A stretch of DNA of 34,740 nt, from positions 1 through 34,740 of the IMG/VR virus record IMGVR_UViG_2915242197_000001. One strand, given 5' to 3'. The DNA comes from a virus. Position 1 is the stretch's first letter. Every line of letters starts with the position of its first letter. Below are positions 21,555 through 30,350 of this stretch, piece after piece. Under the pieces are notes generated by a model, which did not search any database, was not told the DNA's origin, and saw only the letters and a list, made by a program, of their open reading frames with translations. Both the position numbers and the translations under genes were made by a program.

Positions 21555-22129
21555 CGGCCCTTGCTGCGCGCCTGGCGGGCCTCAAGGGCGTCACCCTTCC
21601 GGCCTACGCGAAGTGGGCTGCAGCGGCCGCACTGATGGCCGCAGCCTACGGCGTCGGCCGACTGCACGAAGCGCGGCGCGGCGCTGACGCCATGATCGCC
21701 TACCAGGCGAAGCAAACCGCCCAGGGCGTCCGCATCGTTGAGCGCCAGGGCAAGGTGGTGACGGTCACGGAAACCAAATACCGCGACCGCATCCAAACCG
21801 TGTATGTGAAGGGAGAAGAAATTGAGAAAAGCATTCCTGTGTACGTCCAGCCGGCCGATGTTGGCCGCTTTGCTGTCAACGCTGGTTTTGTCCGCGTGCT
21901 CGCCGCCGGCTGGACTGGTGAAGCTGTCGGACCCGCCCGCGATTCTGACCGAGAACCCGCCGGCGTTCCGCTCGATGACATCGCCGCAACGGAAGTCCAC
22001 AACGCCACAAGCTGCCGCGCCTGGCGCAAACAAGTCATCGGCTGGCGTGAGTTCTACGCCGGCCAGCAAGTAGCGATCAACGGCCAGGCCGGCACCTGGG
22101 CCGACTCCCTGGAGGATGACGATGAATAA
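21551..22129 (+). CDS. i-spanin (Rz / LysB-like)
   Basis: It has an N-terminal TM segment (WAAAAALMAAAYGV) and a coiled periplasmic part, follows the endolysin, and contains an embedded lipoprotein ORF. Confidence 0.75.
   Translation: MTALAARLAGLKGVTLPAYAKWAAAAALMAAAYGVGRLHEARRGADAMIAYQAKQTAQGVRIVERQGKVVTVTETKYRDRIQTVYVKGEEIEKSIPVYVQPADVGRFAVNAGFVRVLAAGWTGEAVGPARDSDREPAGVPLDDIAATEVHNATSCRAWRKQVIGWREFYAGQQVAINGQAGTWADSLEDDDE
21822..22073 (+). CDS. o-spanin (Rz1 / LysC-like lipoprotein) embedded in +1 frame of i-spanin
   Basis: The signal peptide ends in the lipobox LSAC and is followed by a Pro-rich mature part. The start is either TTG at 21822 (MRK...) or ATG at 21858. Confidence 0.7.
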   Translation: MRKAFLCTSSRPMLAALLSTLVLSACSPPAGLVKLSDPPAILTENPPAFRSMTSPQRKSTTPQAAAPGANKSSAGVSSTPASK

Positions 22130-22559
22130 GCCAGGTAGCCTACGCGCCGCGATCGCGGCGGCCGCGCCGGAATTGAAGACCTCACCGGACAAGTTCAACG
22201 TGTTCATCGACGGCGGCACCATCGTTTCTATTTCCACGTCCATGCCATCGTTTGAATATCGATGCACTATCAACCTGATATTGCTCGACTTCGCCGGCGA
22301 CGCCGACCAGGTGTTTATTGCGCTGCTGGCCTGGGTTCGCACCAATCAGCCCGACTTGATGGACAACGACACGCTGCGGCAGTCGGCAATCAAGTTTGAG
22401 GTGGACCACCTCAACAACGAGACGTGCGACATTTCCATAACGCTGCCGCTCACAGAGTCGGTGCGCGTCACCAGGGACGCCGCCGGCGCGTACCAGGTGC
22501 AGCACCTCCAGGAGCCGGTACCGGACTGGCGCACCACTGGTTCCCTGGTAGCGTTGTAA
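22116..22559 (+). CDS. R: Tail completion protein R (P2 gpR family)
   Basis: MNKPGSLRAAIAAAAPELKTSPDKFNVFIDGG resembles the gpR N-terminus. An alternative start is at 22122. Confidence 0.8.
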   Translation: MTMNKPGSLRAAIAAAAPELKTSPDKFNVFIDGGTIVSISTSMPSFEYRCTINLILLDFAGDADQVFIALLAWVRTNQPDLMDNDTLRQSAIKFEVDHLNNETCDISITLPLTESVRVTRDAAGAYQVQHLQEPVPDWRTTGSLVAL

Positions 22560-23008
22560 TGGACGACCTGACCGCGATAGAGGAATGGGCCGGCGGCTTG
22601 CTGGCCCAGCTCCAACCAGGCCAGCGCCGCGCCGTGGCCACGGACATTGCGCGCAAGCTGCGCCGCAGCCAGCAAAGCCGCATCAAAGACCAGCTCAACC
22701 CGGACGGCAGCAAATACGAGCCGCGAAAGCAGAAGCTGCGCGGCAAATCGGGCCGTATCAAGCGCAAGGCCATGTTCGCCAAGCTGCGCACCGTCAAGTA
22801 CCTGAAAATCGATTCCGACGCCAACGGCCTGGCCGTGGGGTTCGCCGGCCGCGTCGCCGCCCTGGCGCGAGTCCACCAGGAGGGCGAAACGTCGCCGCTG
22901 CGCCCTGGCGGCCCCCGCTACAAGTACCCGGTGCGCCAGCTACTCGGTTTTACGGCCTCTGAACGCGAAATGATCCAAGACACTATCTTGGCCCACCTGA
23001 CCCTATAA
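22559..23008 (+). CDS. S: Tail completion / virion morphogenesis protein S (P2 gpS family)
   Basis: A TAATG overlap links it to R. The product begins MDDLTAIEEWAGGLLAQL...RIKDQLNPDGSKYEPRK. Confidence 0.85.
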   Translation: MDDLTAIEEWAGGLLAQLQPGQRRAVATDIARKLRRSQQSRIKDQLNPDGSKYEPRKQKLRGKSGRIKRKAMFAKLRTVKYLKIDSDANGLAVGFAGRVAALARVHQEGETSPLRPGGPRYKYPVRQLLGFTASEREMIQDTILAHLTL

Positions 23009-23010
23009 AA

Positions 23011-23043
23011 CCCGCCAGCGGCCCGATTTCTGGCCCTGGCGGG
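23011..23043. terminator. Bidirectional terminator between S and the antisense methyltransferase
   Basis: CCCGCCAGCGGCC-CGATTTCT-GGCCCTGGCGGG is flanked by AAAA (5') and CCTTTT (3'). Confidence 0.65.
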
Positions 23044-23047
23044 CCTT

Positions 23048-23797
23048 TTAATGCAGCCGGCCCGCCGCAACCTTGTGGATTCGGGCGTTTTCTTCGCAAC
23101 CTACCCATTTCAAGCCTGCTTCCTGGGCCGCTACCAGGTGCGTGCCGCAGCCGGCGAACAGGTCCAGCACCGTGCCGCCTTCCGGCACCAGGCGAACGAC
23201 CTGGCGCGCTACCTCGATCGGCTTCTCGGTCAAATGCTTTTTCGGGAAGTCCAGCGCCGTGCTGAAAACGCCAGGCAAGTACACCGAGGCGTCTTTGTCC
23301 ATATCCCCCTTGCTGGCCCACAGGATGAATTCGGCCTGTTGCTTGAAACCGCCCTTGCGTGGACGCGAGCGGCCGGTGGTCTTGTCCCACACTGCGATAC
23401 CGCGCAGCGTAAAGCCGGCGGCCTGGATCACGTCCGTCAGCGTCGCCATTTGCCGCCAGTCGATATAGCAGACCAGGAGGCCGCCCGGTTTCATTGCGCG
23501 CTGTGCGGCGATCAACCAGGAGTGACACCAGAACGACCAGGAGCGCTGGTCCATGTTGTCGAAGTTGAAGTCCTCGTATTCCATCGCCGTAGCGTTGTTG
23601 ATGTACTTCTGTCCGGTGGACTGCTTGCGCGTGCCGGAATGCAGACCGCCCGAAGAATACGGCGGATCGGTGAAAAGCATATCGATCGAATTGCGCGGCA
23701 GCGTGCGCACGAATTCCAGCGCGTCTACGTTGTGCAACTTGTTCAGATAATCGGTGGCGTCCTGCTTTGCTTTCTTCGTTGCTGCGATCTTTTTCAC
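23048..23797 (-). CDS. DNA methyltransferase, beta-class (motif IV DPPY before motif I FAGCGT); probable N6-adenine
   Basis: It contains MLFTDPPYSSGG ... TEKPIEV ... VLDLFAGCGT. It is the only minus-strand gene inside the tail operons. Confidence 0.85.
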   Translation of the reverse strand: MKKIAATKKAKQDATDYLNKLHNVDALEFVRTLPRNSIDMLFTDPPYSSGGLHSGTRKQSTGQKYINNATAMEYEDFNFDNMDQRSWSFWCHSWLIAAQRAMKPGGLLVCYIDWRQMATLTDVIQAAGFTLRGIAVWDKTTGRSRPRKGGFKQQAEFILWASKGDMDKDASVYLPGVFSTALDFPKKHLTEKPIEVARQVVRLVPEGGTVLDLFAGCGTHLVAAQEAGLKWVGCEENARIHKVAAGRLH

Positions 23798-23882
23798 TTC
23801 CTGAATTTCCTATAAATGGTGAGGGAACGCCCGCAGCCAAAGGCCGCGATAGCGCATACCTGCCATTCTCGGAAATGTTTTG

Positions 23883-23893
23883 TGTCAGCACAC
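23883..23893. promoter_or_regulatory. Motif TGTCAGCACAC upstream of V, shared with FI upstream region (30418-30428)
   Basis: An identical 11-mer lies in two late-operon leaders. Its CAGCACA core is also the right arm of the P/O dyad. Confidence 0.4.
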
Positions 23894-23969
23894 CACCGAG
23901 CGAGTGTGGCCGCAGCGGGTACAAACGCATGTTGCTGACTCGCGCGCACGCGAGCGGCACCATGCAGAC

Positions 23970-24710
23970 ATGGACACTAACGAACTCTACCGGCTGATTT
24001 TGAACCTTGTACGCAAGGGCACGATTCTGGCCGTCGATCACGACAAAGAGGTATGCCGCGTGCAAAGCGGCGACCTGGAAACCAACTGGATCAACTGGCT
24101 TGCGCTGGCCGCCGGCGAAACGACCGACTGGAACCCGCCGACCGTGGGCGAACTGGTCTTGCTGTTCTGCCCTGGCGGCGATCCCACCGAGGGCGTAGCG
24201 CTGCGCGGCATCAACACCGACGAGGTGAAAGCGCCGAGCCACAAGCCGACCACGCATACCCGGCGCTATCCCGATGGCGCGGTCATTGAATACGACCACG
24301 AAGCGCACGCGCTCACCGTGACCATGCCGGAAGGTGGCACCGCTGTTTTCACCGTTCCCGCTTCGGTCACGATCAACACGAAGGCCGCGACTATCAACGC
24401 CAGCGACAGCGCGACGGTCAACACGAAGGCCGCGACCATCAACGCCGACGACAGCGCAACGATCAAATCGAAAAAGGTAACGATAGACGCACCTGACACC
24501 CTCTGCACAGGAAACCTGACCGTTCAAAAAACGCTGGCCTACCTGGGCGGTATGACCGGCAGCGGCAGCGCGCCAGGATCTGGCGGCAAGGCGGCCAAGA
24601 TCAACGGCGGCATCGATGCCACCGACGACATTACGGCGAAAGGTATCAGCCTGGTCAAGCACGTCCACCAGGAGCAGGGTGACGGTAAAGACGTGGGGCC
24701 GGCGAAATGA
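23970..24710 (+). CDS. V: Baseplate spike/assembly protein V (P2 gpV family)
   Basis: It contains MDTNELYRLILNLVRKGTILAVDHDK..CRVQSGDLETNWI.W. The ATG at 23970 is preferred over the track's TTG at 23880. Confidence 0.9.
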   Translation: MDTNELYRLILNLVRKGTILAVDHDKEVCRVQSGDLETNWINWLALAAGETTDWNPPTVGELVLLFCPGGDPTEGVALRGINTDEVKAPSHKPTTHTRRYPDGAVIEYDHEAHALTVTMPEGGTAVFTVPASVTINTKAATINASDSATVNTKAATINADDSATIKSKKVTIDAPDTLCTGNLTVQKTLAYLGGMTGSGSAPGSGGKAAKINGGIDATDDITAKGISLVKHVHQEQGDGKDVGPAK

Positions 24711-25063
24711 TCGGCATGGACGCAAAAACCGGCCGCAGCCTGCAAGGCCTGGCGCACCTGTACCAGTCAATCGGAAAAGTCCTCACGACGCCCGAAGGCT
24801 CTTGCGTCGCGCGCCGTACTTTCGGATCAAAGATTTTTTCACTGATCGACGCGCCGAACAATCCGGCCACGCGCGTGCGGCTGTATGCCGCCGCCGCCAC
24901 GGCGTTGATGAAGTGGGAACCGCGCCTCAAGCTGACGCGCGTGTCCATTTCCGGCGCGCCGAGCATGGACGGCAAACAATCCCTGGACATCGAAGGCACC
25001 ACCCGGATTTCCGGCGAACTGGTCAACACGTCCGTTTCTCTCTCCGCTGAAAGGACTGTATGA
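24707..25063 (+). CDS. W: Baseplate wedge protein W (gp25-like)
   Basis: 118 aa containing ...LTTP.GS.V.RR.FGS....LID.P.N.... An ATGA overlap links it to V. Confidence 0.85.
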   Translation: MIGMDAKTGRSLQGLAHLYQSIGKVLTTPEGSCVARRTFGSKIFSLIDAPNNPATRVRLYAAAATALMKWEPRLKLTRVSISGAPSMDGKQSLDIEGTTRISGELVNTSVSLSAERTV

Positions 25064-25968
25064 GCACGCCGATTGATTTAACGCTGCTGGCCGCGCCCGC
25101 CGTTGTCGAAGTCATCGACTATGAAACCCTGTACGCCAGCCGCAAGGCGCGCATGATTGCGCTGTGGCCGGCCGACCAGCAAGCCGAGGTGGCCGCCACC
25201 CTGGCGCTGGAGTCGGAACCGCTGGCCCGCAGCTTGCAGGAGAACACCTTTATCGAAATGGTGCTGCGCCAGCGCATCAACGACGCCGCGCGCGCCGTGA
25301 TGCTCGCCTATGCGCAAGGCACCGACCTGGACCAGCTCGCCGCCGGCAAGAACCTGCAACGCCAGGTGTTGACGCCCGCCGACGAAGAGAACGGCATTCC
25401 CGCCGTGATGGAAAGCGATAGCGACTTGCGCTATCGAATCCAGATCGCACCGGAAAGCCTGTCTGTGGCCGGCCCCGAAGGCGCTTACGAGTCGCTGGCG
25501 CGCAACGCGGACGCGCGGGTACTCGATGCGTCCGTTGACAGCCCTACGCCTGGTCAAGTCCGCGTCACGATCCTGGCGCGCGACGGCGCGGGCGAAGCCA
25601 GCGGCGAGCTGACGGCGGCCGTCGCCGCCGCGCTGAACAGCAAGACCGCGCGCCCCCTGACGGATGAAGTTATTGTGGAGAGCGCCGAGATTCTCGGCTA
25701 CATGGTGCGCGGCATCCTGTACACCTTTCCCGGCCCGGATTCCAGCGTGGTGCTGGCGACGGCGCGCAAGAACCTGGACACCTACATACAGACCTGTCAC
25801 CGCCTGGGCCGCCGCGCCACGCGCGCCGGCATCGAAGCGGCCCTGATGGTCCCAGGGATGGAAAACGTGGTGCTGGAGCTGCCACAGGCCGACATCGTGA
25901 CGACGAAGCGGCAAGCGCCTAACTGCACCCTGGTTGACCTGGCTTACGGCGGCGTCTATGGCGCTTAA
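25060..25968 (+). CDS. J: Baseplate protein J
   Basis: 302 aa, identified by its position after W and by Baseplate_J-like blocks. Confidence 0.85.
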   Translation: MSTPIDLTLLAAPAVVEVIDYETLYASRKARMIALWPADQQAEVAATLALESEPLARSLQENTFIEMVLRQRINDAARAVMLAYAQGTDLDQLAAGKNLQRQVLTPADEENGIPAVMESDSDLRYRIQIAPESLSVAGPEGAYESLARNADARVLDASVDSPTPGQVRVTILARDGAGEASGELTAAVAAALNSKTARPLTDEVIVESAEILGYMVRGILYTFPGPDSSVVLATARKNLDTYIQTCHRLGRRATRAGIEAALMVPGMENVVLELPQADIVTTKRQAPNCTLVDLAYGGVYGA

Positions 25969-26494
25969 CCTGCTGCCACCGAACGCCACGCGGCTAGAGC
26001 GCGTCCTGGCCGAAGTCTGCGGCGTCATCGGCGATTTGCCGGTGACGATCCGCGAGATTATGGACCCGGACAAATGCCCCGTAGCGCTGCTGCCGTGGCT
26101 GGCCTGGGCCGTCCATGTGGACGCCTGGGACGATGCCTGGAGCGAAGCGCAAAAGCGCGCCGTCATCAAATCGGCCTACCAGGTCCATGTACAGAAAGGC
26201 ACCGTGGCGTCCGTCGAATCCGCCCTGGCGGCCCTGGGCGTGACTGCTGATGTCGTTGAGTGGTGGCAGCAATCGCCGCGCGGCGTGCCTTACACCTTCC
26301 GCCTCGACGTGGACACGGAAAACGTGGGCATGACGGAAGTTTTCGCGCAGTCGATCGAACGCCAGGTGGCGGCCGTCAAGCCAGCCCGTTCACATTTCAC
26401 CGTCCAGTTTATCGCCAAGACCCGCCCCGCAATCAGCGTAGGCGTGGCGGTACAGGACGTAATCATTACCAGCGTCTACCCAAAACAGAAATGA
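25958..26494 (+). CDS. I: Tail/baseplate protein I
   Basis: MALNLLPPNATRLERVLAEV...LLPWLAWAVHVDAWDD.W is characteristic of gpI. Confidence 0.85.
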   Translation: MALNLLPPNATRLERVLAEVCGVIGDLPVTIREIMDPDKCPVALLPWLAWAVHVDAWDDAWSEAQKRAVIKSAYQVHVQKGTVASVESALAALGVTADVVEWWQQSPRGVPYTFRLDVDTENVGMTEVFAQSIERQVAAVKPARSHFTVQFIAKTRPAISVGVAVQDVIITSVYPKQK

Positions 26495-27192
26495 GCCAAA
26501 CCTACTATTCCCTAATAACCGCCGCCGGCCTGGCCGAGCTGGCGGACGCGCAAGTAGCGCGCGAAGTTGTCCCGTTCACCCATATCGCTATCGGGGACGG
26601 CAACGGCCATGCAACCGCCCCGGACGAGAACACCGCCGGCCTGGTAAACAAGGTCTACCAGGTGGAAATCAGCAGCATCAAGAAAGACCCGACGCACCCC
26701 ACCTGGTTCATTTTTGAAGCGGCCGTACCGGAAGACGTGGGCGGCTGGACCGCGCGCGAGCTGGCCCTGATCGGTGGCCGCGTACCAGGCAAGGTCATGG
26801 CCGTCAGCAACTACCCGGCGGTGGAGAAGGTGGCGGCCGCCGACGGCAGCGCCCGCGCAATGATCGTGCGTTTTTACATGGAATACGTCAACGGGGCCGT
26901 TATCAGCCTCTCGGTCAATCCCCAGGCCTACGCCACGGCGCAATCGGTGTTGCAGTCGATCGCGGACCACATGGCGGCGCTGGACCCTCACCCGCAGTAT
27001 TTGACCAAGGCCGAGGCCGACGCCTTCTACGACACGATCGGCCTGGCCGCTGACGCGATCCAGCAGGACGCGGCCCGCCTGTCCAGTCACATCGCGGCGG
27101 CCGATCCGCACCCGCAGTACGTCAACGGCGCCAGGGCGGCTGCAGCAAATGCCAACCGCTGGGCCGAAGAATTTTTTAACGCAGCAGGATAG
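26491..27192 (+). CDS. Short tail-fibre protein carrying only the gpH-type N-terminal baseplate-anchor domain
   Basis: MSQTYYSLITAAGLAELADAQ...IAIGDGNG...PDENTAGL...EVGGWTARELALIG parallels the N-terminus of P2 gpH as I recall it. It is only 233 aa long. The C-terminus has two DPHPQY motifs. Confidence 0.75.
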   Translation: MSQTYYSLITAAGLAELADAQVAREVVPFTHIAIGDGNGHATAPDENTAGLVNKVYQVEISSIKKDPTHPTWFIFEAAVPEDVGGWTARELALIGGRVPGKVMAVSNYPAVEKVAAADGSARAMIVRFYMEYVNGAVISLSVNPQAYATAQSVLQSIADHMAALDPHPQYLTKAEADAFYDTIGLAADAIQQDAARLSSHIAAADPHPQYVNGARAAAANANRWAEEFFNAAG

Positions 27193-27207
27193 AAAGGAAA
27201 CACATCA

Positions 27208-27531
27208 ATGGCAGTGAAAAGCGGCGATTTGGGCGGCGGCACCCTGGAAGCCGGGAAAGAAAAGATCGGCTATGCGTGCGCCGCGCCGGCCGTGGCGGCA
27301 ACGATCACCGTCTCGTTTTGCAACAAGTCCCTGGGGCCGGTGAAAGTCCGCCTGGCGCTCGGCCCTGGCGCGGACAGCAAGGCGGCCGGAACGCGGTTCT
27401 TGGAATTCGATTCCGAGGTAGGAAAGACACTGGAGCGCACCGGCATCGCCGTTTCTGCGGGAACCAACGTGTTCGTGCAATGCGACCAGGCAAACACAGA
27501 TTACGCCATCTACGGCTATGAAAAACAGTAA
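27208..27531 (+). CDS. Hypothetical small protein (107 aa) in fibre module
   Basis: A good SD (AAAGGA) is present and the composition is beta-rich. Confidence 0.6.
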   Translation: MAVKSGDLGGGTLEAGKEKIGYACAAPAVAATITVSFCNKSLGPVKVRLALGPGADSKAAGTRFLEFDSEVGKTLERTGIAVSAGTNVFVQCDQANTDYAIYGYEKQ

Positions 27532-27541
27532 GGAGTAAGCA

Positions 27542-29236
27542 ATGGGACGTAATGTAAGCGCTGCATCTAGCGCCAGTTCTTCGCAGCCGGTCTACTACAC
27601 GACCGTCACCGTAGGCGAGGACGTACAGCAAGGGCAAATCGCCGTGCTGGGCGAGGACAATCTCGCCTACTACGGCGCGGACCCAGCCGTGCCGGCAAAT
27701 TCGGTTCGGCCAATCGTCAACCTGACGCCGATCATCAACGCTATCTTGATGCCGGCACCGGCGCGGCCGACCGATACGAACGGCATCAACAGCACCAACC
27801 AGTCCAGCTCCTGGGGGGGCTTGAACTGTATCGCCGGCGCGGCCCTCTCAAATGGCAACTACGTAGTCGCGTGGCAGCTCAACAGCGGCAATTTCCCGGT
27901 ACAGTTCGCCATCTTCAACAACGCCGGCCAGCAGCAGGGCGCGGTGGTTACTGTGGACGGTGCAGCCGCAACTGGTACCACGGCTTTCTGTGTTTCCATC
28001 GCGGCACTGACCGGCGGTGGCTTCGCCCTCGCCTTCGGTCGAACCGTGGCCCCCTGGGTGCAATACGGCGTCTACGACAACAACGGGGCCGTGGTGAAAG
28101 CGCTTACAGCCGTCAACGCCGCCATTACCGGAGTGGGCGGTGGTGGCACGCAAATTTACGCGCTCGCCTTGAGCAACGGCGGATTCGCCTTGGCATACAT
28201 GAATACGTCTGTTCCAGTGACGGCCTACGCGGTGTATGACGCCACCGGCACCGTAGTCAAAGCCAATACGGCCTTGGCCGGCGGCGGCAACGGCTTTGTG
28301 CAAGGCGCTGCTTTCTCCGCTGCCCAGGGAGGCGGCTTTGTCATCGCTTACAGCACGCAAACCAATGGCACGATGGTGCAGAAATTCAAGAATGACGGAA
28401 CCGCCGTAGCGGCAGCAGCGGCCACCGGCGGCGGCAACAGCAACTACAGCGCAGTAACGCCGAACGGTAATGCTGGCGGCTTCGCCGTCGCATCGCTGGT
28501 ATCAGCAAATTTGACGGTCACGCTCTACAACACGAACGGCATCCAAGCAGCCGCCCCGGCAAGTGCGGGAGCCGTATCCACCGGCGCGACCTACCCGCGT
28601 ATCGTCGGCCTGGCGAATGGCGATGTTGCCGTTGCCATGATGGGCAGCGGCACCAACATTACGCTTGCCTTCCACAGCGGCACCACTGGCAAAGTCTTAA
28701 AGTCCTACACCTACGCCCAAATTCCGCTTACCTACAACAGCAACGCCGACGTGTCTTTGTACGCGACCAAGGCGGGCGGCCTGTCCCTGATCGGCATGCT
28801 TTCCGGTGGCTCGCTGCAATGTGCTTTCGACGCAAACTACAACCTGGCGGCCCCCTATGTGGCGCTGCCTACGCCCTATGTCCCATATGGGAACACGCCG
28901 CCTGTGTTCTTCCCACTGGTGAACCCGGTAAAGGCAAGCGCCGACCTCGCCGTGCTGGCGGGGCAGACCAACACCGGCGGCCTGTTTGTCGGCCAGATCA
29001 TGCCCTACATGCCTCGATTTATCCCTCTCGGCGTCTACACGAATAACGCGGCCAAGGGACAAACAGCCCAGGTCCAGTACACCGGATCGATAAGCCTGGC
29101 CGTTGGCTTCCAGGCTCCTTACAACGTCGACGCGCAATCGCAAACGCCGCCAGGTCAGCGTATGAGCATCGTCGGCAATAGCGTAATCATGAACGGTATG
29201 CAGTCTTCGTCGCGCGTGCGCCGAAACATCAACTAA
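27542..29236 (+). CDS. Putative receptor-binding protein with seven ~48-aa propeller-like repeats
   Basis: An SD (AAGGAG) precedes the start. Seven repeat cores were read: LSNGNYVVAWQ, LTGGGFALAFG, LSNGGFALAYM, AQGGGFVIAYS, NAGGFAVASL, LANGDVAVAMM and KAGGLSLIGM. Each is followed by ...(Y/F).(Y/F/L).(N/D).(N/D/T)G.... A C-terminal domain of about 120 aa follows the repeats. Confidence 0.7.
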   Translation: MGRNVSAASSASSSQPVYYTTVTVGEDVQQGQIAVLGEDNLAYYGADPAVPANSVRPIVNLTPIINAILMPAPARPTDTNGINSTNQSSSWGGLNCIAGAALSNGNYVVAWQLNSGNFPVQFAIFNNAGQQQGAVVTVDGAAATGTTAFCVSIAALTGGGFALAFGRTVAPWVQYGVYDNNGAVVKALTAVNAAITGVGGGGTQIYALALSNGGFALAYMNTSVPVTAYAVYDATGTVVKANTALAGGGNGFVQGAAFSAAQGGGFVIAYSTQTNGTMVQKFKNDGTAVAAAAATGGGNSNYSAVTPNGNAGGFAVASLVSANLTVTLYNTNGIQAAAPASAGAVSTGATYPRIVGLANGDVAVAMMGSGTNITLAFHSGTTGKVLKSYTYAQIPLTYNSNADVSLYATKAGGLSLIGMLSGGSLQCAFDANYNLAAPYVALPTPYVPYGNTPPVFFPLVNPVKASADLAVLAGQTNTGGLFVGQIMPYMPRFIPLGVYTNNAAKGQTAQVQYTGSISLAVGFQAPYNVDAQSQTPPGQRMSIVGNSVIMNGMQSSSRVRRNIN

Positions 29237-29248
29237 GAAAGGAAGGAA

Positions 29249-29500
29249 ATGGCATCCGGTATTCTCGGAATTCTTAACGGCGTGGGGAGTCTCTCCTACA
29301 CCCCGACAGTAAATTCGCAAGTCCTATTAACCGCCTCTGGCAGTAGCGTTCCCGCAATCAGCATCAATGGCGTCAGCGGCTTGATAGCCTCGCAAGGAGT
29401 GACGTTGAAGTTGTTTGTCGGAGCAAATCAAACCCTGACAGTCGGTACCGTAGCAAGTACTACCGTACTCGTTTCTTGCCTGGAGGAAGAAGCACAATGA
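29249..29500 (+). CDS. Hypothetical small Ser/Thr/Val-rich protein (83 aa)
   Basis: An SD (AAGGAAGGA) precedes the start. A lower-GC stretch begins here. Confidence 0.55.
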   Translation: MASGILGILNGVGSLSYTPTVNSQVLLTASGSSVPAISINGVSGLIASQGVTLKLFVGANQTLTVGTVASTTVLVSCLEEEAQ

Positions 29501-29952
29501 AAATCGTTTTTGTTACTGATGGCCGCGTAGTCGGCACAGCCTTGCCTACCTCCCCGCTTGTGGTTGTTGAATGCCCTTCTCAAGACGTGGTGAAAATTTT
29601 AGTCGCGACCGAAACCCAGGTGGAAGAAGGCTGGACCCATGATGTAGTTGATGGCGTCGATGTATTCAGCAAACCTACGCCAAAACCGCCGACTGTTGGC
29701 CCGAATGAATTCCATTTTCTGTGGACAATTCAAGAGCAGATGGTTATTGAAGAACTTCGCGCCGATGACGTGGGCGTGAATCTGTTCATGCGCCGGCTGG
29801 ACGATCCGCGTACTACCGAGGTAGTACTGTCGGCGTCCGCTGTTCAAGCGGCGATCGCACACACCATTGACGCTTTGGTAGCGGCCGGCGTCATCGCACC
29901 AGAAAACCGCGACAAGCGGCTGGCGGCAATTATCAGCGGGAAGCCGGTATGA
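29497..29952 (+). CDS. Hypothetical protein (151 aa), possible fibre assembly/chaperone by position
   Basis: An ATGA overlap links it to the previous ORF. GC is visibly lower. I do not recognise any gpG-like motif. Confidence 0.55.
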   Translation: MKIVFVTDGRVVGTALPTSPLVVVECPSQDVVKILVATETQVEEGWTHDVVDGVDVFSKPTPKPPTVGPNEFHFLWTIQEQMVIEELRADDVGVNLFMRRLDDPRTTEVVLSASAVQAAIAHTIDALVAAGVIAPENRDKRLAAIISGKPV

Positions 29953-30284
29953 GCGCGGCGGTAATCGGGAAGCTGTTAGCTGAACTGGCCGAATCTCTGC
30001 GCGAGCGCGCGGCCAAGTTCGCTATCTTCCTGGTTTGTCAGCTCGCGCATGCCCTGGCGTCCCTGTGGATGCTTGCCGCGATCGTCACAGGAAGCGACCG
30101 CTACTGGCGGATTGCGCGCGGCTACGATCGCGTAGGCAACGCCGCCACCGGCGGCCTGGACACTGAAACGGTAAGCAGCCGCGCAAGCCGAGCCAGGAAA
30201 GAGGGGCGGCGCTGGGGCTGCATCTTATGTCGCATCCTTGACCGAATCGACCCCGACCATTGCAGCAAATCCGAAGGCGTATAA
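29949..30284 (+). CDS. Hypothetical membrane protein (111 aa)
   Basis: It has a hydrophobic helix pair (FAIFLVCQLAHALASLWMLAAIV) and a Cys-containing basic C-terminus. It occupies the P2 Z/fun-equivalent position just before FI. Confidence 0.55.
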   Translation: MSAAVIGKLLAELAESLRERAAKFAIFLVCQLAHALASLWMLAAIVTGSDRYWRIARGYDRVGNAATGGLDTETVSSRASRARKEGRRWGCILCRILDRIDPDHCSKSEGV

Positions 30285-30316
30285 CGCGCCGCGGCCTCCG
30301 TAAATCCCTCCCTTTT

Positions 30317-30343
30317 CGGCCGGTTTCTGACAAAAACCGGCCG
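30317..30343 (+). terminator. Stem-loop after fibre/cargo module (possible terminator)
   Basis: CGGCCGGTTT-CTGACAA-AAACCGGCCG. There is no clear U-tract. Confidence 0.35.
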
Positions 30344-30350
30344 AGTCATT

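Noticed and set aside
26900-27192. DPHPQY duplicated motif and the variable fibre region as a diversity-generating retroelement target.
   Set aside because: There is no reverse transcriptase gene and no template-repeat copy elsewhere in the genome.
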